A stretch of 63,276 bases of DNA, the filler included, from Reticulomyxa filosa (Eukaryota > Protista > Foraminifera), in the NCBI GenBank assembly GCA_000512085.1. It is 17 parts of 17 records of this genome, joined end to end, with 100 filler letters (N's around TTAATTAATTAA, not from the genome) between each part and the next. Parts side by side here need not be neighbours in the genome. Positions count along the whole stretch, not along the records: positions 34,764 to 40,187 come from ASPP01024426.1; positions 40,288 to 42,349 come from ASPP01015774.1; positions 42,450 to 43,449 come from ASPP01049970.1; positions 43,550 to 47,251 come from ASPP01010170.1; positions 47,352 to 49,086 come from ASPP01001276.1; positions 49,187 to 50,234 come from ASPP01012790.1; 11 more parts are not named here. One strand, given 5' to 3'. A program made the translations under genes and the position numbers. Positions 38,175 to 50,334 of this stretch are shown piece after piece. Position 1 is the stretch's first letter. Each line of letters opens with the position of its first letter. The notes under the pieces were generated by a model. It made no database searches. It was not told the origin of the DNA and worked only from the letters and a program-made list of their open reading frames with translations.

Positions 38175-39440
38175 TTATATGCTAGAGGAGTTGTTCTTGG
38201 AATATACATTTGCTCGAACATTTTTATCACTTGTATTTATATTCATCACAACTCTGGTAAAGATATTTTCTTGGATTGATGTATTGTGATTGACTTGTGA
38301 GCTTACCACAAAGCAATCCACTTTTGAATTGTGATTACAATATATCAAAAGAGATCGAGTTTGATGACGATATAATTGTACTGCACTTTGTCGATAGAGC
38401 GGATCAATATCGTTTCTGTCATTCTCGGTGATGACTCGTGACACTGGATACATTTTAATATCTGGCAATGCAATTGTAAATTTCTTTTCAGATTTCAATT
38501 GACCAATTTGTAAAGCAGATCCCAATATTAATGAACTTGATTCCGATTTATTTGTCTGCCTACCATTTAATAATTTAATTATTTGAGTAGACTATTTATC
38601 GGAGATGCTCACATGGATCATAGACAGTGCAAATACAGCCAAAACATGACTACGTATAATATACTGACTCAACTTTGGACAAATTATTCATAAGTTTTAA
38701 TGATTTCGTCTGGACAATATTTTTTGTTATTTCAAATCTATTTATATGTATACATACGCATAACACATCAATTGTATATTATTGAAGAAAGAAAGGTAAA
38801 TACTTGTTCAAAATTTAATTCAACCGATTGGTTTTTATCTTCTTTTGATAGCGATATTTGGGTACTTACGATTTGGTCTTGGATGTCATTTTCAACTCGT
38901 AAGAATGCAGCCATCGCGATAACGTAGAATTTCTTCGAGTTGAAGGTAAGCGTATCGATACTTTGTAATATTTGCTTGAGATTGACAAATCTGCATCAGG
39001 TTCGAAAATAGATAAAGCTGGACTGTTTGGACAAATATGGTCCAATTGGTAGTCAATTTGAAAACAATTCCAGAAATGGCCTGGAAGCGCAAGCTGTTCA
39101 AACGAATATCGGTGGGATCTTTTTTAATGGGATTGAATGATGCAACTGTTGTCGCTGTGAGTGTATGGATTTTGAGTTTATGTTTGCAATTGAGCATAGC
39201 GTTCTAGAGGCTGTTGACGAGTATTATTAGAATGTTTAAATTAAAGTGGATGTAGTAGCATGTTTGTCCCCAGGAGCTGTATGGAAACAACGAATACATA
39301 TTTATTTTTCTTCACTGATAACTATCATATGTTGACGTTGGCGCAAAAGTTAGATTGAATGCATATCATATTACCCATTGCATTGCATAATTATTACCAA
39401 CAATTCACTTGATATCTTCCACTTCAAACCACCATTCATT
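38175..39440 (-). pseudogene. Decayed unidentified protein-coding sequence
   Basis: Consecutive same-strand protein-like ORFs (39197-38892, 38525-38175) are separated by stop-ridden segments and an intron-like (TA)-rich piece. Confidence 0.3.
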
Positions 39441-39479
39441 TCGCTTTTGATTGTGGATATTATATAGACAATATTCTTG

Positions 39480-40187
39480 TTCGATTGTTCGCAAAATTAA
39501 TATTATTCTTTTCTGTGCTATCGTTCTCAATGCTGTTTGTTGTTTGGTACTTCTTCTCAATACTTTTCCGGATCTTATCTAATTCTTTACACTCAGCAAT
39601 TATATGTTTCATTGGCTTCTTCCATTTTCTTTACAATAAATACACTTCTACCATATTCTCACTTCTTCATTGTTGTTCCCTTTTTTTTTCCAATTAAACT
39701 TTGTACTCCCCATCATCACCTTTAGAACTTCTTTAATCTTCTCTATCTCCATTTCCAGCTCCTTTATCAATGGCTTGTATGGGCTCATGTTCTGGTTATA
39801 CTCCTTGATTATTTCCACAAACTGTGCTTTACTTTCATTTTTTGATAACAACTCCATGTCTTCCATATATGCTTTGCTATAAATTGATTGCTCCAACATT
39901 TTTTTCCACTCATTTTTTGATAGATACATTGGTGGATCGTCCCAATAATGCTCCAATTGATTTTCGACTAATGCTTTCAACACATCTGTGTTATACGTTG
40001 TTGGATATCTGTATCCTCCCATTATCTTTGTCAAATAAAAGTTTTTATGTCTTTTAATATATTCACATTCATTTTTTTACCATTCTTCCAACCAAATCCC
40101 CCCTTTTTATTTTTTGTAACCATGCTGTTAATAGAATCACGCAATTTCTTGCATATAATGGTGGACTACCCGTTAATACTCTTATCA
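39480..40187 (-). mobile_element. Non-LTR retrotransposon ORF2 C-terminal remnant with CCHC knuckle
   Basis: YNTDVLKALVENQLEHYWDDPPMYLSKNEWKKMLEQSIY...PYKPLI...KFNWKK, then *KCIYCKE/WKKPMKHIIAEC (frameshifted). It aligns with the RT-bearing remnant at 2470-2890. Confidence 0.7.
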
Positions 40188-40287
40188 NNNNNNNNNNNNN
40201 NNNNNNNNNNNNNNNNNNNNNNNNNNNNNNNTTAATTAATTAANNNNNNNNNNNNNNNNNNNNNNNNNNNNNNNNNNNNNNNNNNNN

Positions 40288-40319
<32 letters not shown>

Positions 40320-40369
40320 ATGTATATGTATATATGTATGCATATGTAAAGAAATTTTAAAAAAGTTGT

Positions 40370-42283
40370 AACCAATGAAAATGTTTCGGCCTCGTGAATA
40401 GTCAATTCGATTCAACACTTCTTCTCTTCTTTCCCCCAACAATTTGACGTTCAGATCGGGAACGTCTTTGCCAATCTCTTGAATAAGCTGCTGCATGTAG
40501 CTGCAGTGTTGGTCATGACCGCAGATGATAAGAATGTGTGCGGGGTCTTTTTTCACGTACAAGCGATACAATGCGGCAATGGTCAAGAGCGTGGACTTGC
40601 CACTGCCAGCAGGAGATATGATAACGACGTCTTTACCTTCGGTCAGCAATGGCAGTGCTTGTTCCTGCACGTTGCGCCATTTGTCAATAGCCTTTGCTTT
40701 CAATCCAGATTGCAAGAACACCGGCAGTTGATCCCTGCGAATCACTTTCTCTTCGGGATAGCACATGGCCGCATGTTCCGACACTTGTCCCAATGGTCGA
40801 TTGTCCTTGTTGTCATATCTTCTGTTGTGGTCACGAGAGCCTCTATTGCGGTCCTCTCCATGATTCCTATCTCTGTCGCGATTTCTGGAGTCCCCATAGT
40901 CTCTTCGGCGAGAATCCGTCGAGGACATTCCTCTCCCTCCTCGTCCCCGTTCCCAAAGCCTCTATCTCCATTGTTCCAATGTGTGGAATCATTGCCAAAG
41001 CGGTCGTCTCGTTTGGGATAGTCACGATACGTGGTTGAAGATGCAAAGCCTCGATTGTCGCGGGGACTTTGCAAGTCTTCGTTGCCTTGGCCAAAGTCTC
41101 CCCCTCTGCCCTTGTCTCTATCTCTATCTCTATCTCTATCTCTATCACTGCCTCTGCCTCTGCCTCTAGGAAAGCGACCTCCAAAATTTCGTCCGACTCC
41201 GTTCTCGCGTTCTTGATAATCGGAGGAAGAAGACGACGGATTCACACGAATGACTCGACTAACCAACGTGCCATTTTCTCTTGGCCGTGCGACAGTAGCA
41301 TCCGCGCCAGTATTAGTATTAGAGTTAGTACTAGTATTAGAGTTAGTACTAGTACTAGTGCTAGTGCTAGTGATAGTACTAGTGCTTGCCGTAGTAGTCG
41401 TGGTGGAGATTGCATTGGACGAGCCTCCAATCGTTGGACCTTCACGAATATTGCGAGTCGTTGGAGTGTATCCTCGTCGCACGGCCTCCGTCACTGCGCG
41501 AGTAAGATACTGGAAGATAGTCGCTTCGTTGAGTTCATGTCCCAGAAAAAGGGAAAAGTCATGCCAATCTTTGCACCTGGCAATTTCGGTACATACGTTC
41601 TGTCCCCGTTCCCCAAGTCCATATCATTTGATGAATAGATGCATCAAGCAAAATACAACTGATTGGAATATATCCATTGAAAAAAAAAGAAGAAGAAGAA
41701 GAAGAAGAAGAAGAAGAAGGGGGAAAAAAAAAACAACTTACGTGCAATCGGGAAGGGGCTCCTAATTCGTATCCTCCATATGCGCGATGATACATGTCCA
41801 AAGACTTGTTGATGTCGACGCCGTCCTTGGGCCCCCATTGTTTGAAGAATGCGAATTGGAACATGAGATGTCGCCGCGACTTTTGCGTGCACTCAAAGGT
41901 CAGACGCAGCCGCTCTTTGGAGGACATTTGCATATCTTGCAAGTGTTTGTGCGTAATCAGATACAGCGATGCGTCGCGACGGAATAGCTCTTCGATCACT
42001 TGCTTGCGGATCGAGTGCCAATTGTATGAGGGCGCCAACAGCAAGTACATCACCAACTTGCCCAAGTGCGGCCAGTTCTCACGACTGTATGCGTCCTTGC
42101 TTTGCACTACAACGTCGTGGATCACCGCCTCCGCGTGCTCAACCATTTCCGGAAAACGTGAGTTCAGATATAACAATAAATGATGCAACGACGACCACAC
42201 AAACAACGTGTGCTCTATTTGGTCTCGAGAGGGGATTCTTGTGCCGACAGATTGGTTGCTGAGGGACTCGACATTTCTGTTTA
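40370..42283 (-). CDS. Fusion protein fragment: helical domain + RG/RD-rich linker + degenerate DEAD-box-like helicase N-lobe
   Basis: Exon ~42283-41741 (LHHLLLYL..WPHLGKLV..EELFRR..RLRLTFE..RHLMFQ) splices to NVCTEIARCKDW...LTRAVTEAVRRGY. RGRG/RDRD repeats follow, then VQEQALPLLTEGKDVVIISPAGSGKS (Q-motif + Walker A). One frameshift in a G run near 40945 is needed. Confidence 0.65.
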
Positions 42284-43587
42284 GAACAAATTATTATTGT
42301 TGTGTCATACATGCAATATACGTATACATATTGTTTTTTTTTTTTTTTTNNNNNNNNNNNNNNNNNNNNNNNNNNNNNNNNNNNNNNNNNNNNTTAATTA
42401 ATTAANNNNNNNNNNNNNNNNNNNNNNNNNNNNNNNNNNNNNNNNNNNNACTTAAAAAATATATCAAATGCATTTTCATTTTAAGCAATATATATGCACA
42501 TTCATGGAAAAACAATGATCAAACTAGATTTTTTGCTTGAAATAAATTCTCAAAACTTAACATAGTTAAATTTTGAGAATTTAATATATTTTAATGTCAT
42601 TTGTAAATTGAGTCTCTTTTTTTCATATTAAGACTAAACAATATCACTTTGGTGCTTACGTTGGATGTTTCTATTAAAGAGATCCGTCCATGTGAACTTG
42701 AGTTAAATGTTTCCTCACCAAAGAGGTGCTGCACACACAACGGATCTATATATGCTCAGTAGAAGAAGACACGACACATAGCCCAGACAACTTCAGCAGA
42801 ACGTCCAATGCAGACTCAAGTTGCGTTTGGAATAATGCTTTATCGAGCTGAAAAAAACAGCTAGTCCAAACAACTTGGACTAGTGTTTGATGCTTTGTCG
42901 GACAATTTTGTTCAACAACCGGAAAGTATCAAATGCCACCTTACTCGCTTTCATGTTCATCGCTACTGTGCAGATTGTTTTTACTGTTTACGACGATATC
43001 CATTTTTTTGCATTTATTTCAATCGTTTGGATCATGTGCAGTAGCGTGGGATTAAATACTGACTGAGATTATTGATACATTTAGCTCAAATAATAAGACA
43101 AAAGCAAGTATAATATAAGTTATCACTTGCAGTGATAGTTGTTGAAACATGATTTTTTTTGCACGTTGAAGTCAAGTTGCAAATCCCATCTGCAGTTTGC
43201 ATATCAAACTCAATGTATGGCATGGGTGTAACTCTATTCTTTCATATTCTCCAGTCAAAGGCTCTGCTATCGAACAGTTTGAAGAATATGCGCTGATTGC
43301 ATAATTTCAAAGTCTTTTCAAACAAAGACATTACACAAGTAAACAGCACTTAATATGGTTTAAAAAAAGGTCAATCCACAAGTATGGATAAATACCAAGC
43401 CTGTAAAAGTGTCATTTTGTTATACGTGTTTGCTTTTGCAAAAAAAATTNNNNNNNNNNNNNNNNNNNNNNNNNNNNNNNNNNNNNNNNNNNNTTAATTA
43501 ATTAANNNNNNNNNNNNNNNNNNNNNNNNNNNNNNNNNNNNNNNNNNNNCAAGTTGTGTATACGTATATATATATATACGTATACAC

Positions 43588-44229
43588 AACTTGAAATGGC
43601 TTGATACCACATTTCCAAATCAAAGCTGCTAATTTCGGCAAAATAAATGTGTCGGAGAATGATATCGACACAAAAGATTGGCACAATAAAGCACTGACAA
43701 TGATCGCCGATGAGGACTTTGGACGGAAGCCAGACAATGTCTTGTTTCAAATCGTTCAGCAGCAACTTTTTCACGCCGACTGTATGCTCGACGTATTCGT
43801 CAAGATTTAAATGTACGTATACGCGCACGTAACATTGCATAAACTCCTTGTCGGTCGTCTCAATAAAGGCACGGTCTTTTTCGTAAGCGACGCTATCAAA
43901 GTTCCATGTCGGCTTGCATTTCTTGCCCGTCCATACGTTTTGATGAACTTCACGCTCTGTGTAGGTCTCAAAGTGCTGTCCACATGTCTCACACACTGCC
44001 AATTTGTCGCTGTGCTTGCGCTTGTAATTCAATATCAAGTCTTGTATCTCCTTTAGTGTGTGCTTCGCTTCTTTGCTTGACTCGTTGCCAAATGTTAGCG
44101 CGTAGGGTAACATGTCCACGTCGGTCAGATTGTTCGTATTAAATGTCTTCTCTTTCAATCCTCTTCTTCCGCATTATCCACATACTCCAACCATGAAGGG
44201 CATTTCGACTCTTCTTGCTCGGCTGTCAT
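43588..44229 (-). CDS. Hypothetical protein with zinc-finger-like motif (CETC-x12-H), 5' part
   Basis: ORF 44158-43588 contains CETCGQHFETYTEREVHQ..KKC. The likely ATG at 44229 is out of frame unless there is a 20/23-nt intron or a one-base error. Confidence 0.6.
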
Positions 44230-44465
44230 TTGCAATTCTTATTTATGTACTTGTGTGTTTGATCCCTTTCAACTTTTTTGAGTTTGTGTTTCAAGTGACG
44301 TAATTTTTAAAGATCGTCTTTTAATGAAATTGTTCAAACTTTATCAAGAACATCAATTTTGATTTCATATTTGAAATGATGAAACAATGTGACAGATATT
44401 GTATATGCAACATTGAACAATTGAAAATATTTTGGAAAATGGGAAAGTAAAGTAATTAAAATATA

Positions 44466-45421
44466 CGGTTGCGGGCAAAAGTGTTCAGATGTTGTGAATT
44501 TTCATTCGTTTTTTACTTAAATGCAAATATCTCCATAATGAAAAAAGAGCTTATTATATTTATACTCTAGAAATATGCAATTTTTTGATTTTTCAGATTG
44601 ATAATTTATAATATATTTAATTTTCAAAATTATCACTACGTAAATATACTTTTTCTAAAAACACTAATAAAAAAATACTTTGAAAAAACTACTATTTTTT
44701 ATAACATCATTTTATTTCATTCAGTTCTAAACAATATCAGGCATACTGCTAATTAATTTCTGACAAAATTCTACATGTATTTTTCACCATTCCTATTGAC
44801 AATATCACACAAGCTTTGGACTGATTTTAGTTGATTTTTATTACTTTTAATACATGTTTTAATTCATCCAACAAATATTCAATCTGGCTCATATCTGGCG
44901 ACTTTGAAGGCCACTGAAGAACATTAATATTATTTTTTGCAATCCATTATTGTGTATATTTTGATGTATGTTTTAGGTCATTGTCACGTTGAAAAATAAT
45001 ATCATGCTTTTCCATTTGATATAGTCATTTTTTTAATCAAATTTATACATTCCTAATTTTTCTGGATTCAATTTATTTCATAATAATTTTTTCTTATATT
45101 GTGCCGTTTCAATCCAAATTCATAATTTTTGAGTTAATTTTAAACTAAAAATAAATATTTTAGTTTAATTGATTTTTAACAGATGAAAATAATCAAAAAG
45201 TACATTGAACTAAAAGGTTAATAAAACATTCAAAGTGCATGTACGTAGTTGATAATTTTGAAAATTAAATATATTATAAATTATCAATCTGAAAAATCAA
45301 AAAATTGCATATTTCTAGAGTAAATATAATATATAGCTCTTTTTTCATTATGAAGATATTTGCATTTAAGTAAAAAAACGAATGAAAATTCACAACGTCT
45401 GGACACTTTTGACCGCAACTA
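44466..45421 (-). mobile_element. Internally deleted Tc1-family (DD34E) DNA transposon with ~180-bp TIRs and TA target duplication
   Basis: TA|CGGTTGCGGGCAAAAGTGTTCAGATG... (44466-44642) is the inverse of ...CGTCTGGACACTTTTGACCGCAACTA|TA (45242-45421). The minus-strand remnant FQRDNDLKHTSKYTQ*W..VLQWPSKSPDMSQIE has exactly 34 residues between D and E. Confidence 0.95.
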
Positions 45422-46733
45422 TATTTACATAAACAAATTAATTTTTTTGTGTTTGATAGATATTAAAACAATTGATTTTATTAACATTTACATTTTTAGT
45501 GATTGAAATAAATGTAATTCTATATGTTTTATTTTTTTATGTTAGTATTTTTAAATTTCATTTATTATTTGTAATTTTTTTATCTTAATTATCGACAAAT
45601 AATGTCCATGGTAAAATAATTGTGTACGCATTTTTTTTAAATTTTAATTACTTCAAATTTGAATTTTACAATCGTCAGAACATAATGCAAAAGAAAGCTG
45701 CACCTTATATATGATTTTCTTCACGAAAAAAACAACATTCAAACATAATTTTTTTTATATTTAAAATAAATATCTACGAATCGTGTAATTTTTTATATTA
45801 AATCTTTCATAATTGTTTAAAACATTTGTATGTATTACTTAACATATTTTATAATAATTGTGTTAGAATCATTTATTCATCCTAATCTTATTTATCTCTT
45901 CAAAATTTGAATCCAATGTCCAATAGCAATCCTTATTTCATTTTTTAACTCACAAATAAAATTTATTTTATATTTCTTCATTAAAAAAAAAAAATATTGC
46001 CAAATATGAGGCATTTTTCAATTCATTCACTTCTATCTTCATATGTATTGATACACGCTCATTTTGTCATCAATGGAATAGGCAAAGTATGCTATAATGT
46101 AATTCATTTATTTCTTGTATTGAATCATTCATATACACATACATAATAATTGAATGATGCAATTCCTTACAAACGGGTAGTTGATAAAATTGAAAAATGT
46201 ATATTAAAAAAGAACAACAAAGTATTAAATTGATTGTAGTTATGGTCCAAGAAGAGGTCTCATTCATATTTAGGGATAAATTTTTGGTTGATAATTTTAT
46301 TTTGTAATGCTCAAAGAAAAAAAGATAAAATGATAATAATTTATTTTTTTTTTTTGCGTTGTAAAATAGAAATAAAAAAGAATGCATACATTTGTTTTTT
46401 ATTTATTTATTATTGTTAAATTATTGTATATCATTTACTAGTGCAATTATGTATGCATCTTTTTCCAGAACCCTATAAATAATTTTAAAAATAGAAATGT
46501 GTATATTATTGAAGAACTGTAAAAGTTGAATCTACTCCAAAAAATTAGGCTAGTTTCCCGAGAAAGAGTTCAATTTGTGTTTAGTATTTTTAATTTTTCC
46601 TGCTTGGATTCCATTTTCTTTGTTTGGTAAGTATTATATTTGAAACATGTCCAAATAATGCAAGCATTTTTTTTTCCCTCTCCCCTCCTCATATAACAAT
46701 GTTGAAAGTCAAATCTAATTCATTAAGCACGAA

Positions 46734-47213
46734 ATGTCGAAGAAAGTTGAACGTCCAGACGCGGCCGCGCAAGCAGCTGGAAACTTGACAAAATGGGAAG
46801 TGGCCGAATTCAAAGAAGCATTTGCATTGTTTGACAGTAAAAAAGACGGCAACATCGATCCAGAGGAGTTGAAAGAGATGATGGGCCACTTGGGACAAGA
46901 ATGTAGCGACGAAGAGATTAAAGATATGATCGATGTTGCGGATGAATTGAGCACTGGCCGCATTGATTTCCCGTCGTTTTTGAAGCAGTTTCAGCACGAT
47001 GAAAACGACAATACGGAGCAATTTGTGCAACAGGCTTTTGCCTTAATTGGTGGAGGGGGTGATATCACTGGCGATGCCATTGAACAATTCTTCGCACGAA
47101 TTGGTTTGAAATTGATCAGTGACGAAGTCAATGAGATTGTTAAAATCGCTGATGAAGATGGAGACGGGAAAGTTGGGTTGGAAGACTTTCAAAAATTGTA
47201 CACCAGAAAATAA
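46734..47213 (+). CDS. Calmodulin-like EF-hand protein, intronless
   Basis: EVAEFKEAFALFDSKKDGNIDPEEL (EF1) and ADEDGDGKVGLEDF (EF4). EF2 is degenerate and the EF3 loop is shortened. Confidence 0.9.
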   Translation: MSKKVERPDAAAQAAGNLTKWEVAEFKEAFALFDSKKDGNIDPEELKEMMGHLGQECSDEEIKDMIDVADELSTGRIDFPSFLKQFQHDENDNTEQFVQQAFALIGGGGDITGDAIEQFFARIGLKLISDEVNEIVKIADEDGDGKVGLEDFQKLYTRK

Positions 47214-47351
47214 CAACTTTCGCAAATTTTTTTTTTTTTTTTTTTTTTTTANNNNNNNNNNNNNNNNNNNNNNNNNNNNNNNNNNNNNNNNNNNNTTAAT
47301 TAATTAANNNNNNNNNNNNNNNNNNNNNNNNNNNNNNNNNNNNNNNNNNNN

Positions 47352-47800
47352 AAGAATGTTTCCACTCGGGAAACAGAAAAAGAGATCATTGAAACCTTCA
47401 AGAAATGGAATATGATGTGGAGAAAAAATGACATTTTCGAACACAGAAAATGCAAAAAGGGCATTGAGAGAAGACTATTGGTATTGGATATAACATGGCA
47501 GAGTGTGAGTACTATGATAAATATCGAAATCGTCCAAGATCACACTTCCATTAGTGCAAGAATTGCTTTGGAATCAATCATTTCGCCAAAGATTGTGTCA
47601 AGAAAAGAAAGTGCAAGTTTTGTGGACGAACGAATCACGCTTCAGATGATTGCTATCACAAAAGAAATGCAAAGAGAATGATATGTATTTTGTGCAAAGG
47701 CAATCATTCGAGAGACTCCATTTTATGTCCTATCATCCAGAAAACAATGCCAAATATTGGACAAAGACAAGAACGGAACCAGATGAACAGACGAATCCGA
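47352..47800 (+). mobile_element. Gag-like ORF1 remnant of a non-LTR retrotransposon with three CCHC zinc knuckles
   Basis: From 47555: CKNCFGINHFAKDC, CKFCGRTNHASDDC, CILCKGNHSRDSILC. They are preceded by an in-frame TAG and frameshifts. Confidence 0.85.
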
Positions 47801-47829
47801 CAGAACAGTCAACAAGACGAAATCACTCA

Positions 47830-48400
47830 AATGATACCAGATATGCTAGGAAGTGTAGTTAACAGGTCTATTTTACAATTATATTTGATTCTTGATCCAA
47901 TTCCAAGTGGTGTATTTTGTCCCAACATGGTACATTAGATCCGATTAGTGTAAAAACACATTGCCTCTGCCGTCCGGATCGCCTTCACAAGCCTTGTTAT
48001 CAGCTAGTGGTCCATTAGAAGTTACCCGACCATCTGGGTTCTGTCAAACAGAAAAAACCTGGTATTTGCATATAGATTGCCAATTTCTCAAAGGTGTCAA
48101 ACACTCTTAAGGCAAGCAATGTTCGATCTTCTCCCAGCAAGCAGACCGTTTCCAGTAAAAGGATTACTATCCCAGTTACCAGGAGTTTGCACCTTGTAAG
48201 TCAATGTACGCTTGAAGTTTTAAAAGCACTTTCACTTCTCAAAGTCACACACCACACTACTGCGAAAACTCCCGAAAATGAATTGCAACAAAGACGCTGC
48301 CAAAAACAATAACAAAAGGGAAGAAGTCACAATATTACAAAATCCAACTACTATAAAAAAAACCTTATATCGCTAAAAAAAAATTTTCACTAGTTGAAAT
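47830..48400 (-). repeat. Second copy of the dispersed repeat at 33560-34070
   Basis: Shares an identical 35-mer (47970-48004) and collinear similarity on both sides (LALRVFDTFEKLA vs LALRVLDAFGKLA; PLGIGSRIK vs PHGIGLRIQ). Confidence 0.85.
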
Positions 48401-49186
48401 TTCTTCTGATTTTGTCTTGCGATATCTGGTTGGTTTGAAAATTGTCGATTTTTTATGATCTTTCGATATCTTTCGAAATATCTAGTTTATATTGCTTTGC
48501 TTTCTAGACCTTGGTAATCTTTCACGATGATCGTCTATGATATAGATTTTTTTTAGTGTATGATAAGGATAGCAAGCCCTTTGAAAATAACCTCCACAAA
48601 TGATGAGTTTGTGTTTATGTATCACATTGAGCATAAGAAAATTGAATATGCAAATCCTTCAAGCCTTGGAAATATGCAGTTGTTTGAATGCTCATACTAT
48701 TAATAGTGGGTGACTGACTATTAAGTAGCTAATTTTTTATTGAAAAAGAATGTTCACGAACTAAACTATCTAAACAAAGCATTTCTTATCTTAACTTTTT
48801 CGTGTTGGTGTAATAGAAGAAAAAAGTAATTTTATTTTTGAAACCATTTTGATACAAATCCAGTTTTTTTCAAAGCACGATTGGCTGTCTTGTCTCTTTC
48901 CTTCAGTTTATAATTGTCGTTTTCTCTTGCTATGTAATTTTTGGATATTGATGACGCTATATTAAAACTGGCACAAAGAGTTTTATTATCAGCATGAGAA
49001 AAAATAAAAAAATGGCTTTGAACGATAAATTATTATAATCACGTGACTGTCATTCTCCATTCTATTTTATGTCGCTGATATGTTGANNNNNNNNNNNNNN
49101 NNNNNNNNNNNNNNNNNNNNNNNNNNNNNNTTAATTAATTAANNNNNNNNNNNNNNNNNNNNNNNNNNNNNNNNNNNNNNNNNNNN

Positions 49187-49202
<16 letters not shown>

Positions 49203-49224
<22 letters not shown>

Positions 49225-50090
49225 ACATTCCCCAGCAATTATTGACAATGATTCAATGATTCCCAGTCACACGTCATCCTCACAACCACCTCCTCCAATA
49301 TCCAACTTAGCGCATTATTTCCAAATGCAAAATGAAGACCACTGTGACCACTACGATCAAAACGGTGCTAAAGGCGACACCAACGGCGATGACTGCAACA
49401 GTGATGACGACAACAGCAACAATCACAATCACAATCACAATCACAATGGCAACAGTGGTAGACTAACCATGTCATTGGGGTCTTCCGGATTGGGTCAATT
49501 CCAGGCCTCGGAAGCCAACTCCGCCTCGTGGACGTCTCAAGCAAAAACTCATGGCTATGGTACTTTGACCAGCAGCTCTTCCACGATACCGACACATCCG
49601 TATGCTGTGCTGTCCGATCATCCTTTTCCCACTACTTCCTTTGGCGTCATGCCTTTCCATGCACGTGCTCAAATCACTTCAGGAGTTGCGACGTCTACTC
49701 TTCATCAACATCCTCACTATCAACATCCTCACTATCAACATCCTCACTATCAACATCAATATCAACACCAACATCGACAGCAATACTATTCACAACAACA
49801 ACAACAACAACAACGGAAAGTCCAGTTAACGAATGATAGCAATAGCAATAGCAATAGCAATCGCAAAAAACATTCACATGGCACCACACTGACGATGGAA
49901 GTGGCTCAACCCGACGACGAACATCCTGGATATCGCCGCGTTCCAATTCTGGGACAAGCTCCTCGCACCAACCACGTCAATGTTAGTGTCCATATCGATC
50001 GAAAGAAAAAAGCGCTGCGGCCATACTTGGTCCGCGCACGTCGCATCTTGCGTTTGAAGGATGAGTGCATCATTTGCGGAATCGGACAAG
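49203..50090 (+). CDS. Low-complexity (N/H/Q-rich) protein exon ending at the start of a CxxC zinc finger
   Basis: Open ~290 codons with NH, QHPHY x3, poly-Q and SN repeats. It ends with LKDECIICGIGQ|GTATTG donor. Both flanks are gaps. Confidence 0.65.
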
Positions 50091-50334
50091 GTATTGTGTA
50101 TGTGTACGTCCTTAACTGACGTAAAGGAAAGAAATCAAAAAATAAAAATGTTGTGCGTTGTCCCTCTCTTTTTTTTTTTTTTTTTTAATTTTTTTTGCTC
50201 TGTCTTTTTTTTTCTTATTCTTTTGGATTCACAANNNNNNNNNNNNNNNNNNNNNNNNNNNNNNNNNNNNNNNNNNNNTTAATTAATTAANNNNNNNNNN
50301 NNNNNNNNNNNNNNNNNNNNNNNNNNNNNNNNNN

